Shown here piece by piece: positions 30,165 to 39,461 of a DNA stretch of 64,000 nucleotides (its first letter is position 1; every line of letters starts with the position of its first letter). The stretch lies in assembly GCA_947179295.1 (NCBI GenBank), contig CAMXAZ010000003.1:46630-110629 (forward strand). Reading direction: 5' to 3'. Source of the DNA: an uncultured Muribaculaceae bacterium. Lineage in GTDB: Bacteria; Bacteroidota; Bacteroidia; Bacteroidales; Muribaculaceae. The translations under genes were made by a program, and so were the position numbers. A model generated the notes under the pieces. It searched no databases. It was not told the DNA's origin and saw nothing but the letters and a program-made list of their open reading frames with translations.

Positions 30165-31136
30165 TTACTTCACACTCTCAATAATATACTCCACACTGTC
30201 AGGGGCAAAACTGAGATTGTGATACACACTTGGAAGAGCCGAAAGAGTGACCGGCAATTTTTTGACACTGGAACGCGCCTGCCGATAATCCACATAAGCC
30301 TTGACCGGATAGTCATCATTATAGGCACTCATCGGCACAAGATAGCTGATCTCTATTTTCGACGGGAATGTGATCAGATTTCTGTCGTCCGGACGGTTGG
30401 TCACCTCGATGCCGATTTTGCGCTTCTTGGAGATCAGCGGTTCGACCGGCACGGTCACTGTGACAACATCCGGAATAATCCTGACTCCTGCAATAGGCTT
30501 TACACGGACTTCATAACGCATCGTGTCACGCAGATCAGACTTGACGATAGGTTCTGTCGACACGAATTTGAGCGTATGAGGCAAATCTTCCACCGAATAA
30601 AGAGTCACAGAGTCCACATCGGCATAAACCGGACCTGAAATTATATATTGCAGATTCGGATGGACATCAGCCTGGACATTCAGTTTGACTCTGACACCCG
30701 ACTGGGTGGTAAATGGCAGGCGCAATGAATCCGGCCGGCATGAAAGCACCTGCACGGCATTCCCGAAATAATCTCGCAGCCTGGCTTCAAGTTTCGGACT
30801 GCCAAGCACAAACGAATGGCCTTCGATATTTTCCTCCCACTTGAATTTGACCGGCGACATCTTGCCCCAGAAAAAACGGAGCAGTTGCGAATCCTTGCCT
30901 TTGACACTGACTCCGATCGAAGCAGGAGCCTGTCCTATCATCGTGACACTGTCAGGCACTTCCTGAATCTCTACCGGCACATCGAAGTCTCGCTGCACCT
31001 CAGTGTCAAGCGACAGGAACACCCAGAACACAAAAGCCACAGCCACAAACAGCAGATAGAGCAAAACGTTTTGGCCGCGGCTCGAATGCAGAGCCGCGGT
31101 CACTTTTTCGTTCAGTTTTTTCGCCTTTTCGTTCAT
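30165..31136 (-). CDS. YbbR-like domain-containing protein
   Basis: N-terminal TM (VLLYLLFVAVAFVFWVFLSL) followed by repeated YbbR-type beta domains. Sits in the conserved nusB-yajC-ybbR-coaE arrangement. Confidence 0.7.
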   Translation of the reverse strand: MNEKAKKLNEKVTAALHSSRGQNVLLYLLFVAVAFVFWVFLSLDTEVQRDFDVPVEIQEVPDSVTMIGQAPASIGVSVKGKDSQLLRFFWGKMSPVKFKWEENIEGHSFVLGSPKLEARLRDYFGNAVQVLSCRPDSLRLPFTTQSGVRVKLNVQADVHPNLQYIISGPVYADVDSVTLYSVEDLPHTLKFVSTEPIVKSDLRDTMRYEVRVKPIAGVRIIPDVVTVTVPVEPLISKKRKIGIEVTNRPDDRNLITFPSKIEISYLVPMSAYNDDYPVKAYVDYRQARSSVKKLPVTLSALPSVYHNLSFAPDSVEYIIESVK

Positions 31137-31185
31137 GGTCTGAGCCGTTGACGGAGTAGTGGGGATTCAGACTTTCGGGCTATTA

Positions 31186-31506
31186 TTACTTGCCCTTTTC
31201 AGCAGCGTCATTTGCAGCCTGCTGGGCTGAGGGATAGACAGAACCTTTGTCAACGGTGATACGTACGTCACGTGCGATCTCGATTGTGAAAGTAGTTTCG
31301 TCGATTCCCTTCACCTTGCCGTAAATGCCACCGGCTGTAACCACAGCATCACCTACTTTGAGACCTTCGCGGAATTTCTTGATTTCATTCTGACGCTTCT
31401 GCTGGGGGCGGATCATCATGAAATAGAACACTGCGATGAGCGCCACGATCATAAGAATATTTGCCCAGCTGCTGTTCATTGACTGGAGGAGAATTGTGTT
31501 AAGCAT
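31186..31506 (-). CDS. yajC: preprotein translocase subunit YajC
   Basis: 106 aa; TM + FYFMMIRPQQKRQ + GDAVVTAGGIYGKV. Confidence 0.92.
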   Translation of the reverse strand: MLNTILLQSMNSSWANILMIVALIAVFYFMMIRPQQKRQNEIKKFREGLKVGDAVVTAGGIYGKVKGIDETTFTIEIARDVRITVDKGSVYPSAQQAANDAAEKGK

Positions 31507-31556
31507 AAATCTTTTGTTTTATAATTATGAATTCATTTTTATTGAGCCGGGAGGGT

Positions 31557-32996
31557 TCAGCCCTTGACGAGCTTGCCCTCTGACTTGAGATGATTTATCA
31601 CTGAATAGAGAATTCCGTTGATAAACGCGCCGCTGCGCGGTGTGCTGTAGGCATTCGCAATCTCGATATACTCATTGAGTGTAACCGCGATCGGAATAGC
31701 CGGAAAATTCAGGAGCTCAGTGATAGCTGTCACCATGACAACGATGTCCATAAATGCAAGACGCTCGGAGTCCCATCTATGTTCATTCACGAATGAATCA
31801 ATCAGCTCACGATATTCCTGGCAGTTCTTGACAGCGATTTCAAACAGACGGGCACCGAATCTGCTGTCTTCCTCGTCCTTGAACTGCGGCAGAAGTCTGA
31901 TGTCAGCACCTTCTGTCTTGCTCTGTCCGAATTTGCGGATTGTTTTCAGCACGAAAGTCCCTACCACGTGGAGATCATCATTCCAGTACACTGACTTCGA
32001 TTCAAGGACTTCTGCGAGGTCATCACCCGGAAGGATGATATTCTTATAGACCTGACGCCAGAAATCACAATCTTCTTCATAGGTGCTTTCTTCGCGTCGC
32101 TCCATATATTCCTTGTAGAGATCGCTCTCCATTATCTTGTCCAGAAGACCTTTGACCATGATCGAATCAGCATCCCACGAAAGTTTGTGCTCGTCCATGT
32201 AGGCGTTGAAATCTTCATTTTCACAGAGAGCCTTGATGAATTTGTTGTCAACAAACCGCATGTTCGGATGAAGATCCTCGTCTGTTGGCAGATACTTATG
32301 CTTGGCAGCATCCAGACGCTGATCCTGCATACGTGTGATTTCAACCGAAAGCAGAAGCAGGTTGTGATAAAGCTCATATGCCTTGTCAAGCGAGTAGTCA
32401 AGAGCATGACGGGCATGGTTAAACAGAGAACGGTTGTCGTTATACTCGTTCAGAGTGCGGAGCAACGAGCTGACACCACGGTTAAAGCCGGCCACTGTGA
32501 AATCCGGATTCTTACGGGCGGCAGTGATGAACTCCGGATTCTCAGCTATCAGATTATTGATAATTGACACCCACAGAGCCACATCATCCTTCAGCTCAGC
32601 CTTTTTCAAGCGGACATAGCTCTTGTAGGCCGGCAGTGACGGAATAGCATCGTAAATTGACGGGATAACGGAATCAAACAGGGCCACACCGGAACGGTCA
32701 CGGAGAATCAGTGTGCGGATCTCATCTATGCTGTTCAATGAACGGCCCAAGGCATTGCGTTCAATATGCTTGTTCAAGGCAATACCCCGTAACGGCGACT
32801 GGCGACGACCACCTGAAACATCGAAGCCCGACAGTTCAAGGATCATCAACAATAAATCGAGGTAAAGTTCATGACCATATTTCTTGTCGCGTGAAGGATT
32901 TTCAACCTGTGGCTCTATTTTGAATTCGCTCTGTGACAACAGATAAGAGTAGAGCAGCTGGACCACTTTGATTCGGATCAAAACTCGATTTATCAT
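31557..32996 (-). CDS. nusB: transcription antitermination factor NusB, unusually long form
   Basis: N-terminus MINRVLIRIKVVQLLYSYLL. C-terminal canonical NusB fold region ...RLAFMDIVVMVTAITELLNFPAIPIAVTLNEYIEIANAYSTPRSGAFINGILYSV. 479 aa in total. Confidence 0.8.
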   Translation of the reverse strand: MINRVLIRIKVVQLLYSYLLSQSEFKIEPQVENPSRDKKYGHELYLDLLLMILELSGFDVSGGRRQSPLRGIALNKHIERNALGRSLNSIDEIRTLILRDRSGVALFDSVIPSIYDAIPSLPAYKSYVRLKKAELKDDVALWVSIINNLIAENPEFITAARKNPDFTVAGFNRGVSSLLRTLNEYNDNRSLFNHARHALDYSLDKAYELYHNLLLLSVEITRMQDQRLDAAKHKYLPTDEDLHPNMRFVDNKFIKALCENEDFNAYMDEHKLSWDADSIMVKGLLDKIMESDLYKEYMERREESTYEEDCDFWRQVYKNIILPGDDLAEVLESKSVYWNDDLHVVGTFVLKTIRKFGQSKTEGADIRLLPQFKDEEDSRFGARLFEIAVKNCQEYRELIDSFVNEHRWDSERLAFMDIVVMVTAITELLNFPAIPIAVTLNEYIEIANAYSTPRSGAFINGILYSVINHLKSEGKLVKG

Positions 32997-33040
32997 ACTT
33001 TTAAAGACCTATTTTTTCGTCGTTAATGTTTTTAACGCTG

Positions 33041-33048
33041 CAAATTTA
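33041..33048 (-). promoter_or_regulatory. -7 box TAAATTTG upstream of nusB (nusB-yajC-ybbR-coaE operon)
   Basis: Exact match on the minus strand, about 45 nt upstream of ATG 32996. Confidence 0.6.
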
Positions 33049-33203
33049 CAAATTTTTCTTAAATCAACCTGCCTATACAGTCTGTTTTTTATTATTTTTA
33101 TCTGCCGTCATATCACTCCGGACACCACCGAGAGCCATCTTCAGGCTTCACCACCTTAATATATTATACACACTGCCGGCAATGCTTAGCCCTACCGAAG
33201 TTT

Positions 33204-33902
33204 TCATAGCGTATAGCCGAGAGCCGAGAGTATAAACGGAGTCAGCAATGCCGTGAACAGACCATTAAGAGTCAGACCGAGCGATGAAAAAGCGCCATAG
33301 CGATAGCCGTTTTCCATAGCCACGGAAGTTCCTACCGCATGTGCGGCAGTTCCCATTGACAGTCCCTGGGCAATCGGACTCTTCACATGCGAGAGCTTCA
33401 TCATTTTAAAGCCTGCGATCCCGCCGAAGATTCCCGTGCACACCACCACTGCGGCAGTCAGAGCCGGAATGCCGCCAAGAGTCGATGCGATTTCCATAGC
33501 AATGGGAGTGGTGACTGATTTCGGAGCCAGAGAGATGACCACATCCGGAGTCGCGCCCAGAAGTTTGGCTACAACAACCACCGAGACAGTACCGATAACA
33601 CATCCGGCCAGTTCTGCGGCCAAAATAGGCAATAACTGCTTGCGAATAGACTCAAGTTGTCTGTAAAGAGGCACACCGAGGGCCACCACTGCCGGCTTAA
33701 GCCAGAATTCTATATACTGTCCGCCGTCAGCATATGACTCATAATCTACTCCGAAACCGAGAAGAATGCAGATCAGCACTATTATGGTCAGCAGAATCGG
33801 GTTGAGAAAAGATATGCCGGTGCGCTTCTGCAGAAGCTGCGATGCGAGATAGACCACAAAGGTCAGCGCTATCAGAAAAAATTTATTCTCTATAAAGTTC
33901 AT
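33204..33902 (-). CDS. lrgB: LrgB/CidB family membrane protein
   Basis: Polytopic; ...TTPIAMEI...GIPALTAAVVV.... The start is ambiguous (ATG 33932 or 33902); 33902 gives the usual short overlap with lrgA. Confidence 0.85.
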   Translation of the reverse strand: MNFIENKFFLIALTFVVYLASQLLQKRTGISFLNPILLTIIVLICILLGFGVDYESYADGGQYIEFWLKPAVVALGVPLYRQLESIRKQLLPILAAELAGCVIGTVSVVVVAKLLGATPDVVISLAPKSVTTPIAMEIASTLGGIPALTAAVVVCTGIFGGIAGFKMMKLSHVKSPIAQGLSMGTAAHAVGTSVAMENGYRYGAFSSLGLTLNGLFTALLTPFILSALGYTL

Positions 33903-34251
33903 GACGACGTGAAGAAGCTGCGCGGCGCACATACTGATGAACCCAGCCGGTCACCGCAATTACCAGAAATGTACTTATCACACACGACCCTACTATCGGA
34001 AGCCACTGATCGCTCAGCAGCCCCAGACAATTCATCAGGCCTACGCCTGCGGGGACAAAGAAGAAGCCAAGATTTTTCAGCAGAAAATCTGCCACCTTAT
34101 CAACCCAGAAAACGCGAACGATTTTCATCTTCAGAGCCGCTGTAAGCAACAGCATGCCGATAATGCTTGACGGAATCGGTATGCCTGTAAACCATACAAC
34201 CAATTCTCCTAATGCTAAAAACGAGAATAGCACAGCACATTGTAGTATCAT
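33883..34251 (-). CDS. lrgA: CidA/LrgA family holin-like protein
   Basis: 122 aa with 4 TM segments; ...IPIPSSIIGMLLL...FFFVPAGVG.... Confidence 0.85.
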   Translation of the reverse strand: MILQCAVLFSFLALGELVVWFTGIPIPSSIIGMLLLTAALKMKIVRVFWVDKVADFLLKNLGFFFVPAGVGLMNCLGLLSDQWLPIVGSCVISTFLVIAVTGWVHQYVRRAASSRRHELYRE

Positions 34252-34307
34252 AATCTCAAATATATATTGTTGCGAGTGCCTGTCAGACGCACTCTACTTC
34301 GAGGGTG

Positions 34308-34315
34308 CAAAGTTA
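34308..34315 (-). promoter_or_regulatory. -7 box TAACTTTG upstream of lrgA
   Basis: Exact match on the minus strand, about 56 nt upstream of ATG 34251. A second match, TATATTTG, lies at 34257-34264. Confidence 0.55.
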
Positions 34316-34496
34316 CGAACTAATATGACAGCAGCAACTCAACTCCCGGAAAATTCATCAGTGCAAAAAGTTAAAGTTCACTTCAAAACCTTTTCTATGT
34401 TTTACCGATGATATTACGAAGGAAAATTCCTGAAGATTCCAAATCGAAGCGCAAAACATTTTTTGAATTTAATTTGTTAAATCATAAAAATGATTG

Positions 34497-34504
34497 TATC
34501 TTTG
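34497..34504 (+). promoter_or_regulatory. -7 box TATCTTTG (with a TTTG about 20 nt upstream) for rho
   Basis: Exact match, with aatttgtt in the expected -33 area. Implies a 5' UTR of about 320 nt. Confidence 0.55.
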
Positions 34505-34834
34505 CATTGGCTTTGAAACCTCACAGGTCAGCCATCAATCTCCCGCATCGCTATTTCCCGTCTCACATTGATCACAATGTATATCTCCTATGATCCGTTT
34601 TCACGGGATCTTTGAAATAGGAAGCGGTCTAAAAAACAAGAGAGTCACAAAATCAACTTCTTCTATTTATTTTTCCGTTTTAAATTCCATTTTATTCGAT
34701 GTGATTACTGCGGATATACAGGAATCTTGATCCAACTCCCCCAAGACAATCATTTTTTGCATTTAAAATAACACTTTAAGGCAAACCAAGTGTGGTGACG
34801 CACTTGCTTTCCAATTGACATTATATATTATTAT

Positions 34835-37024
34835 ATGTATAATTACTCCGAACTCGAAGCCATGGACGACTCGCAGCTGCGGGAAGTCGCACAAACCAAC
34901 GGCATAAAGAAAATTAACCTTGACGACAAAGAAAATCTCGTCTACGAGATTCTTGACAAGCAGGCGCGCGATGTCGCAGCCAGCTCGACCGCTAATACAC
35001 CGCAAAAAAATCGCCGCGGCAAAAAAGAGTCCAAAGATGTAAAAGACGAGAATCAACAGAAACAACCACGAAAAAAGAAAGAAGAACCGGCATCTGAAAC
35101 TGCTGAACAAGACGCATCTCAGGCCGCCGAACAACCTCAGCAACAGCAGCAAAAAAAACGTGGCCGCAAGCCGCGCGCAGCAACCGCTGCTGACAGCCAG
35201 GCTGAATCCGCTCCTGCTGCCGAAGCGCCCGTTGAAGCCGCCGAACCGGCACTCACAGACACTGACAACGCTCCTGCAACAATTGCCGAAGGCCAGCAGA
35301 CCCAGGGCGAACAGCAGCCAAAACGTCGCCGCGGACGTCCGCCGCGCAATCCGCAGCCCGAACAGGACAACGCCGCTGCAACCGTTGCTTCTGAAAACCC
35401 CGCTCCGCAGGAGAACAAAGCCGAGCCTTCATCCACCAAAGAAGAAAACAAAGCTGAGGGAAGCAACACTGAAACCGCAGGCATCACCGAGCCCATGCCC
35501 AAACAACTGCCGGCACTGGCTCTTTCAAATCAGGAATCTGCCCAGGATGAGCGCCCGCGCCACGGAGTGTTTATCCGCCCAGGCCAGGCCAACGAACAGG
35601 CCGCCGCTCCCAACGCCGACAACCAGCAGCCTCAGCCCAAACGCGATTTCCGCCCAAAAGACAGTTCTTTCGGCTCTTTCTTCCCCCGTTCGGGCGGACG
35701 CACGTTCGCACCCCGCTCACAGCAGGAAAAAGAACAGCAGGCCGCTCAGCCTCAGCAGCCTCAGCCCCAGATCCAAATGCCTCAGACTCCTATAGTCCTT
35801 GGCGAACCGGGCATGGAAAAGCAGCAACCCCAGGGCAAAAAAAACAAAAAGAACCGCAACAAAAATCAGCAGTTCGAACAGCGCCAGCAACAACAGGCAT
35901 ATAACTTTGACGGAATAATCGAAACAACCGGAGTGCTTGAAATCATGCCCGAAGGCCACGGATTTCTCCGCTCAAGCGACTATAACTACCTTGCTTCCCC
36001 TGATGACGTACTCGTCACGAAAGAGCAGATCAAGCAATACGCCCTGCGCTCAGGCGACGTTGTCGATGCCACCCTGCGGGCTCCGCGCGAAGGCGACAAA
36101 TACTTCCCGCTCAGTTCTGTCAAAAGCGTCAACGGCCGCTCTGTAGAATACATCCGCGACCGCGTGGCGTTCGAGCACCTCACCCCACTTTTCCCTAATG
36201 AAAAATTTGACCTGACATCAGGCCGTTCAAGCAACATATCCACACGTGTTGTCGACATGTTCTCCCCCATCGGAAAGGGACAGCGCGGTCTGATCGTAGC
36301 ACCGCCGAAAACAGGTAAGACCATACTTCTGAAAGACATCGCCAACGCTATTGCCGAGAATCACCCCGAAACTTACATCATGATTCTCCTTATTGACGAA
36401 CGCCCGGAAGAAGTAACCGACATGAGCCGCAGCGTCAATGCGGAAGTAATCGCATCGACATTCGATGAACCGGCCGAACGCCATGTCAAAATCGCCTCCA
36501 TTGTGCTTGAAAAAGCAAAACGAATGGTTGAATGCGGCCATGATGTGGTAATCCTGCTCGACTCCATCACCCGTCTGGCCCGCGCCTACAACACCTGCGC
36601 ACCGGCCTCAGGTAAAATCCTCTCCGGCGGTGTCGACGCAAACGCCCTCCAGAAACCCAAACGCTTCTTCGGCGCAGCCCGAAACATCGAAAACGGAGGC
36701 TCGCTCACCATTATCGCAACAGCTCTCACGGAAACCAGTTCAAAAATGGACGAGGTCATCTTCGAAGAATTCAAGGGTACCGGCAACATGGAACTCCAGC
36801 TTGACCGCAAACTCTCCAACAAGCGCATCTTCCCGGCAGTCGACATCATGGCATCTTCTACCCGCCGTGACGACCTGCTCCTGCGCAACGAAACCCTCAA
36901 CCGCATGTGGATCCTCCGCCGCTTCCTCAGCGACCGCAATTCAATCGAAGCGATGGAATTCATCAAAGACCGCATGGAACGCACTTCCGACAATGACGAA
37001 CTCCTCCGCACGATGGGCGACTGA
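34835..37024 (+). CDS. rho: transcription termination factor Rho with a large low-complexity N-terminal insertion
   Basis: Rho_N ([21 protein letters not shown]), about 330 aa of Q/P/A/E/K/N-rich insert, CSD-like RNA-binding domain ([15 protein letters not shown]), Walker A PPKTGKT, and a RecA-type ATPase through to the C-terminus. Confidence 0.95.
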   Translation: MYNYSELEAMDDSQLREVAQTNGIKKINLDDKENLVYEILDKQARDVAASSTANTPQKNRRGKKESKDVKDENQQKQPRKKKEEPASETAEQDASQAAEQPQQQQQKKRGRKPRAATAADSQAESAPAAEAPVEAAEPALTDTDNAPATIAEGQQTQGEQQPKRRRGRPPRNPQPEQDNAAATVASENPAPQENKAEPSSTKEENKAEGSNTETAGITEPMPKQLPALALSNQESAQDERPRHGVFIRPGQANEQAAAPNADNQQPQPKRDFRPKDSSFGSFFPRSGGRTFAPRSQQEKEQQAAQPQQPQPQIQMPQTPIVLGEPGMEKQQPQGKKNKKNRNKNQQFEQRQQQQAYNFDGIIETTGVLEIMPEGHGFLRSSDYNYLASPDDVLVTKEQIKQYALRSGDVVDATLRAPREGDKYFPLSSVKSVNGRSVEYIRDRVAFEHLTPLFPNEKFDLTSGRSSNISTRVVDMFSPIGKGQRGLIVAPPKTGKTILLKDIANAIAENHPETYIMILLIDERPEEVTDMSRSVNAEVIASTFDEPAERHVKIASIVLEKAKRMVECGHDVVILLDSITRLARAYNTCAPASGKILSGGVDANALQKPKRFFGAARNIENGGSLTIIATALTETSSKMDEVIFEEFKGTGNMELQLDRKLSNKRIFPAVDIMASSTRRDDLLLRNETLNRMWILRRFLSDRNSIEAMEFIKDRMERTSDNDELLRTMGD

Positions 37025-37073
37025 TTTCCCCACCGCAAAACCATCGCGCTTAAAGCATAACGGAGCAAAACAA

Positions 37074-37117
37074 AAAAGATGCAGCCACATTTCCCGGCCG
37101 CATCTTTTTTATTTTTT
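37074..37117. terminator. bidirectional intrinsic terminator between convergent rho and rpiB
   Basis: aaaagatgcagcc / ggccgcatctttt stem (one mismatch) flanked by an A-run upstream and a T-run downstream, so both strands read hairpin plus U-tract. Confidence 0.8.
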
Positions 37118-37181
37118 GTCACTGCCACAGAAAGTTCCTGTGGACAGTTATTTTAAGAGTGGTATGTTTAATCACATTGTC

Positions 37182-37658
37182 TTATTCCTCCGGCTTGCAT
37201 CCGCATCCCGATACGGGGATTTTTTCGATGCGACGTTCATGACGTCCGCCATCAAAGGGAGTGTTGAGGAAAGTCTCGACAATATTTATTGCTGTAACAT
37301 TGTCAATAAAACGAGCGGGAAGCACAAGCACGTTGGCATTATTATGACGGCGTGCCAGTTCGGCAAGTTCCACATTCCAGCAGAGAGCGGCACGTATGCC
37401 CTGATGTTTGTTGAGAGTCATGCCGATGCCGTTGCCGGAACCGCATAGCGCTATGCCTGGATAGCATTCTCCGCTTTCCACAGCCACTGCACACGGATGC
37501 GCAAAATCGGCATAATCACAACTTTCAGTCGAATTTGTGCCGAAATCCTTATATTCGATGCCCATTGAGTCGAAATAGCCTTCAAGCACCATTTTCATTT
37601 CATAGCCCGCATGGTCGCTACAGAACCCTACAGGACAATTTTCCTTCAGAATTGACAT
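37182..37658 (-). CDS. rpiB: ribose-5-phosphate isomerase B
   Basis: ATG 37658 gives MSILKENCPVGFCSDHAGYEMK (the ORF-track start at 37691 is TTG); ...CGSGNGIGMTLNKHQGIRAALCW.... Confidence 0.9.
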   Translation of the reverse strand: MSILKENCPVGFCSDHAGYEMKMVLEGYFDSMGIEYKDFGTNSTESCDYADFAHPCAVAVESGECYPGIALCGSGNGIGMTLNKHQGIRAALCWNVELAELARRHNNANVLVLPARFIDNVTAINIVETFLNTPFDGGRHERRIEKIPVSGCGCKPEE

Positions 37659-37717
37659 AATCTGTAAAAATATATTGTTTTTCTTATTCAATATTAAAAA
37701 TCGCAGTCAGGCCGGAT

Positions 37718-38251
37718 TCAGTCATCAGTTTCATCCTCATCTTCCGCACCTGATGAATAGCGGATATGGTTGAGCGGTCTGAGCAGATTGCATAAACGCT
37801 GACTCCAATAAGCCTGGAAATCCGCCTTCACAGCATGTAAAGCCACGTTGACAACCTCTTCCGGCGCGTCTTTCACCATAGCGATGAAATTGTAAAGCAC
37901 CTGAAATATATCGCTTAGGCCTTCGGCCACACTCATTCCGATCGGAGTGTCGGAATACTTCATATCTTCCTCGAACACTTCAAGATAGACATCATCAGGG
38001 CCTAACATATTCTCCATCTCCCGTCTGAGAGATTCATAGTAGTCTTCCTCAAGATAACTTTCGATATAAGGGTCCACATCCTCCATCAGAGGAGCAGGTC
38101 TGAGGTCTGAGGCTACAATATAGATTCTCGGAAGCAACCGAAGCATTGATGCTACAAAATCAGACGGGTCCGATTCTCGGCAGTTTTCAACCGCACAGCA
38201 ATATTCATTACACAACGCTATAAAAGCGAGTGAATTAGGAGCGAGTTCCAT
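37718..38251 (-). CDS. acidic cytoplasmic protein of unknown function (probably DUF5063)
   Basis: 177 aa with no signal peptide and an acidic tail EDEDETDD. Overlaps the nadD 3' end by 17 nt. Confidence 0.55.
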   Translation of the reverse strand: MELAPNSLAFIALCNEYCCAVENCRESDPSDFVASMLRLLPRIYIVASDLRPAPLMEDVDPYIESYLEEDYYESLRREMENMLGPDDVYLEVFEEDMKYSDTPIGMSVAEGLSDIFQVLYNFIAMVKDAPEEVVNVALHAVKADFQAYWSQRLCNLLRPLNHIRYSSGAEDEDETDD

Positions 38252-38816
38252 AAAGATTATTTTTAATTATATAATCATATACGCCCTGAGGCAAAAAATA
38301 GTTCATGTTCCATCCGCGCGCCAGCGCCTTGCGGATGAACGTGCTGGAGATGTCTGCCATCGGAGCGTTGACCACATCCACACCATCGTCATATATCGCG
38401 CCTACCGGATAGCCCGGACGGGGATAGACTATTACTCCGAATTCGGATATTATAGCCTCATGGTCTTTCCACTGGTCGAAGATTTTCCAGTTGTCACTGC
38501 CTATTATCAGTTTGAAGCTATGGCGCGGATAACGCTTCGCAAGGTAGCGCAACGTATTTATAGTGTATGACGGCCGCGGCATTGACAGTTCATAGTCGCA
38601 AATATTCAGTCCGGCGGTATCCCCAATGGCCAGTTCAAGCATTTTCAGACGTATCAGATCCGGCATCAGTTCATCAGACCCTGCCTTCAGCGGATTGAGA
38701 GGCGAAAGCGAGAGCCACACCTCATCCAGATCCGTAAACTGCTGGATATAACTGGCAAGCATCATATGTCCGATATGCACCGGATTAAAAGAGCCTCCTA
38801 ATATTCCTATGGTCAT
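38235..38816 (-). CDS. nadD: nicotinate-nucleotide adenylyltransferase
   Basis: GILGGSFNPVHIGH (HxGH motif), ...ISSTFIR.... Confidence 0.92.
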   Translation of the reverse strand: MTIGILGGSFNPVHIGHMMLASYIQQFTDLDEVWLSLSPLNPLKAGSDELMPDLIRLKMLELAIGDTAGLNICDYELSMPRPSYTINTLRYLAKRYPRHSFKLIIGSDNWKIFDQWKDHEAIISEFGVIVYPRPGYPVGAIYDDGVDVVNAPMADISSTFIRKALARGWNMNYFLPQGVYDYIIKNNLYGTRS

Positions 38817-38847
38817 TTATGTCTTCTAATCTTTAAGATGGTGGATC

Positions 38848-39432
38848 TCAACACTCTTCCACGCAAACCGAAAGAAAATTTTTAATCACAGTGTCAACTT
38901 CCGCAACCGCACGGTCCAGAGAGTCATTGACCACAACTCTGTCAAATTCCGGAGCAAACGAAAGCTCATATTCAGCCTTGGCAAGACGCTGTTCAATGGC
39001 TTCGGCACTGTCAGTCGCCCGTGAAGTCAGACGCTGACGCAACACGTCAAGGCCCGGAGGCTGGATAAATATGCTGAGAGCATCTTCTCCATAAAGTTTC
39101 TTGACATTGACTCCGCCTTTGACATCAATATCAAGTATGACATTATGCCCCTCGGCTGTTATTCTTTCCACCTCGCTTTTGAGAGTGCCGTAGAAACGGC
39201 CTGGATATACCTCTTCATATTCTACAAAGGCATCATTGTCTATAGCGCTGCGGAATTCATCATCGGAAAGAAAATAATAATTGACACCATGCACTTCCTC
39301 TCCACGAGGCTGACGGTTTGTAGCCGAGATTGAAAACTTCATGTCAATCTCGCCTCGCTCAAGCAGAGCGTTGATGATAGTCGACTTGCCGGTTCCCGAA
39401 GGGGCTGAAATTATGATAATCTTACCTTTCAT
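38848..39432 (-). CDS. gmk: guanylate kinase
   Basis: IIISAPSGTGKST P-loop, ...YYFLSDDEF..., 194 aa. Confidence 0.93.
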   Translation of the reverse strand: MKGKIIIISAPSGTGKSTIINALLERGEIDMKFSISATNRQPRGEEVHGVNYYFLSDDEFRSAIDNDAFVEYEEVYPGRFYGTLKSEVERITAEGHNVILDIDVKGGVNVKKLYGEDALSIFIQPPGLDVLRQRLTSRATDSAEAIEQRLAKAEYELSFAPEFDRVVVNDSLDRAVAEVDTVIKNFLSVCVEEC

Positions 39433-39461
39433 CTGTAAAATCGGTTTTGCCTGACGTTTTT

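Noticed and set aside
34815-34843. A perfect E. coli sigma70 consensus promoter, TTGACA-17 nt-TATAAT, at the rho start.
   Set aside because: The TATAAT (34838-34843) is codons 2-3 (tat aat) of rho, so a transcript from it would lack the start codon. In addition, the Bacteroidota housekeeping sigma factor uses TTTG/TAnnTTTG rather than -35/-10 elements. It is most likely a coincidence of AT-rich sequence.
35160-35795. 211-aa ORF in the +1 frame, plus a 121-aa antisense ORF at 35137-35502, entirely within the Rho insertion-coding region. This could be read as an overlapping gene.
   Set aside because: The region is T-poor low-complexity DNA, so stop codons are rare in all frames. The product is a featureless R/K/P/S/L polymer. 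Nothing supports independent translation, although only ribosome profiling could formally exclude it.
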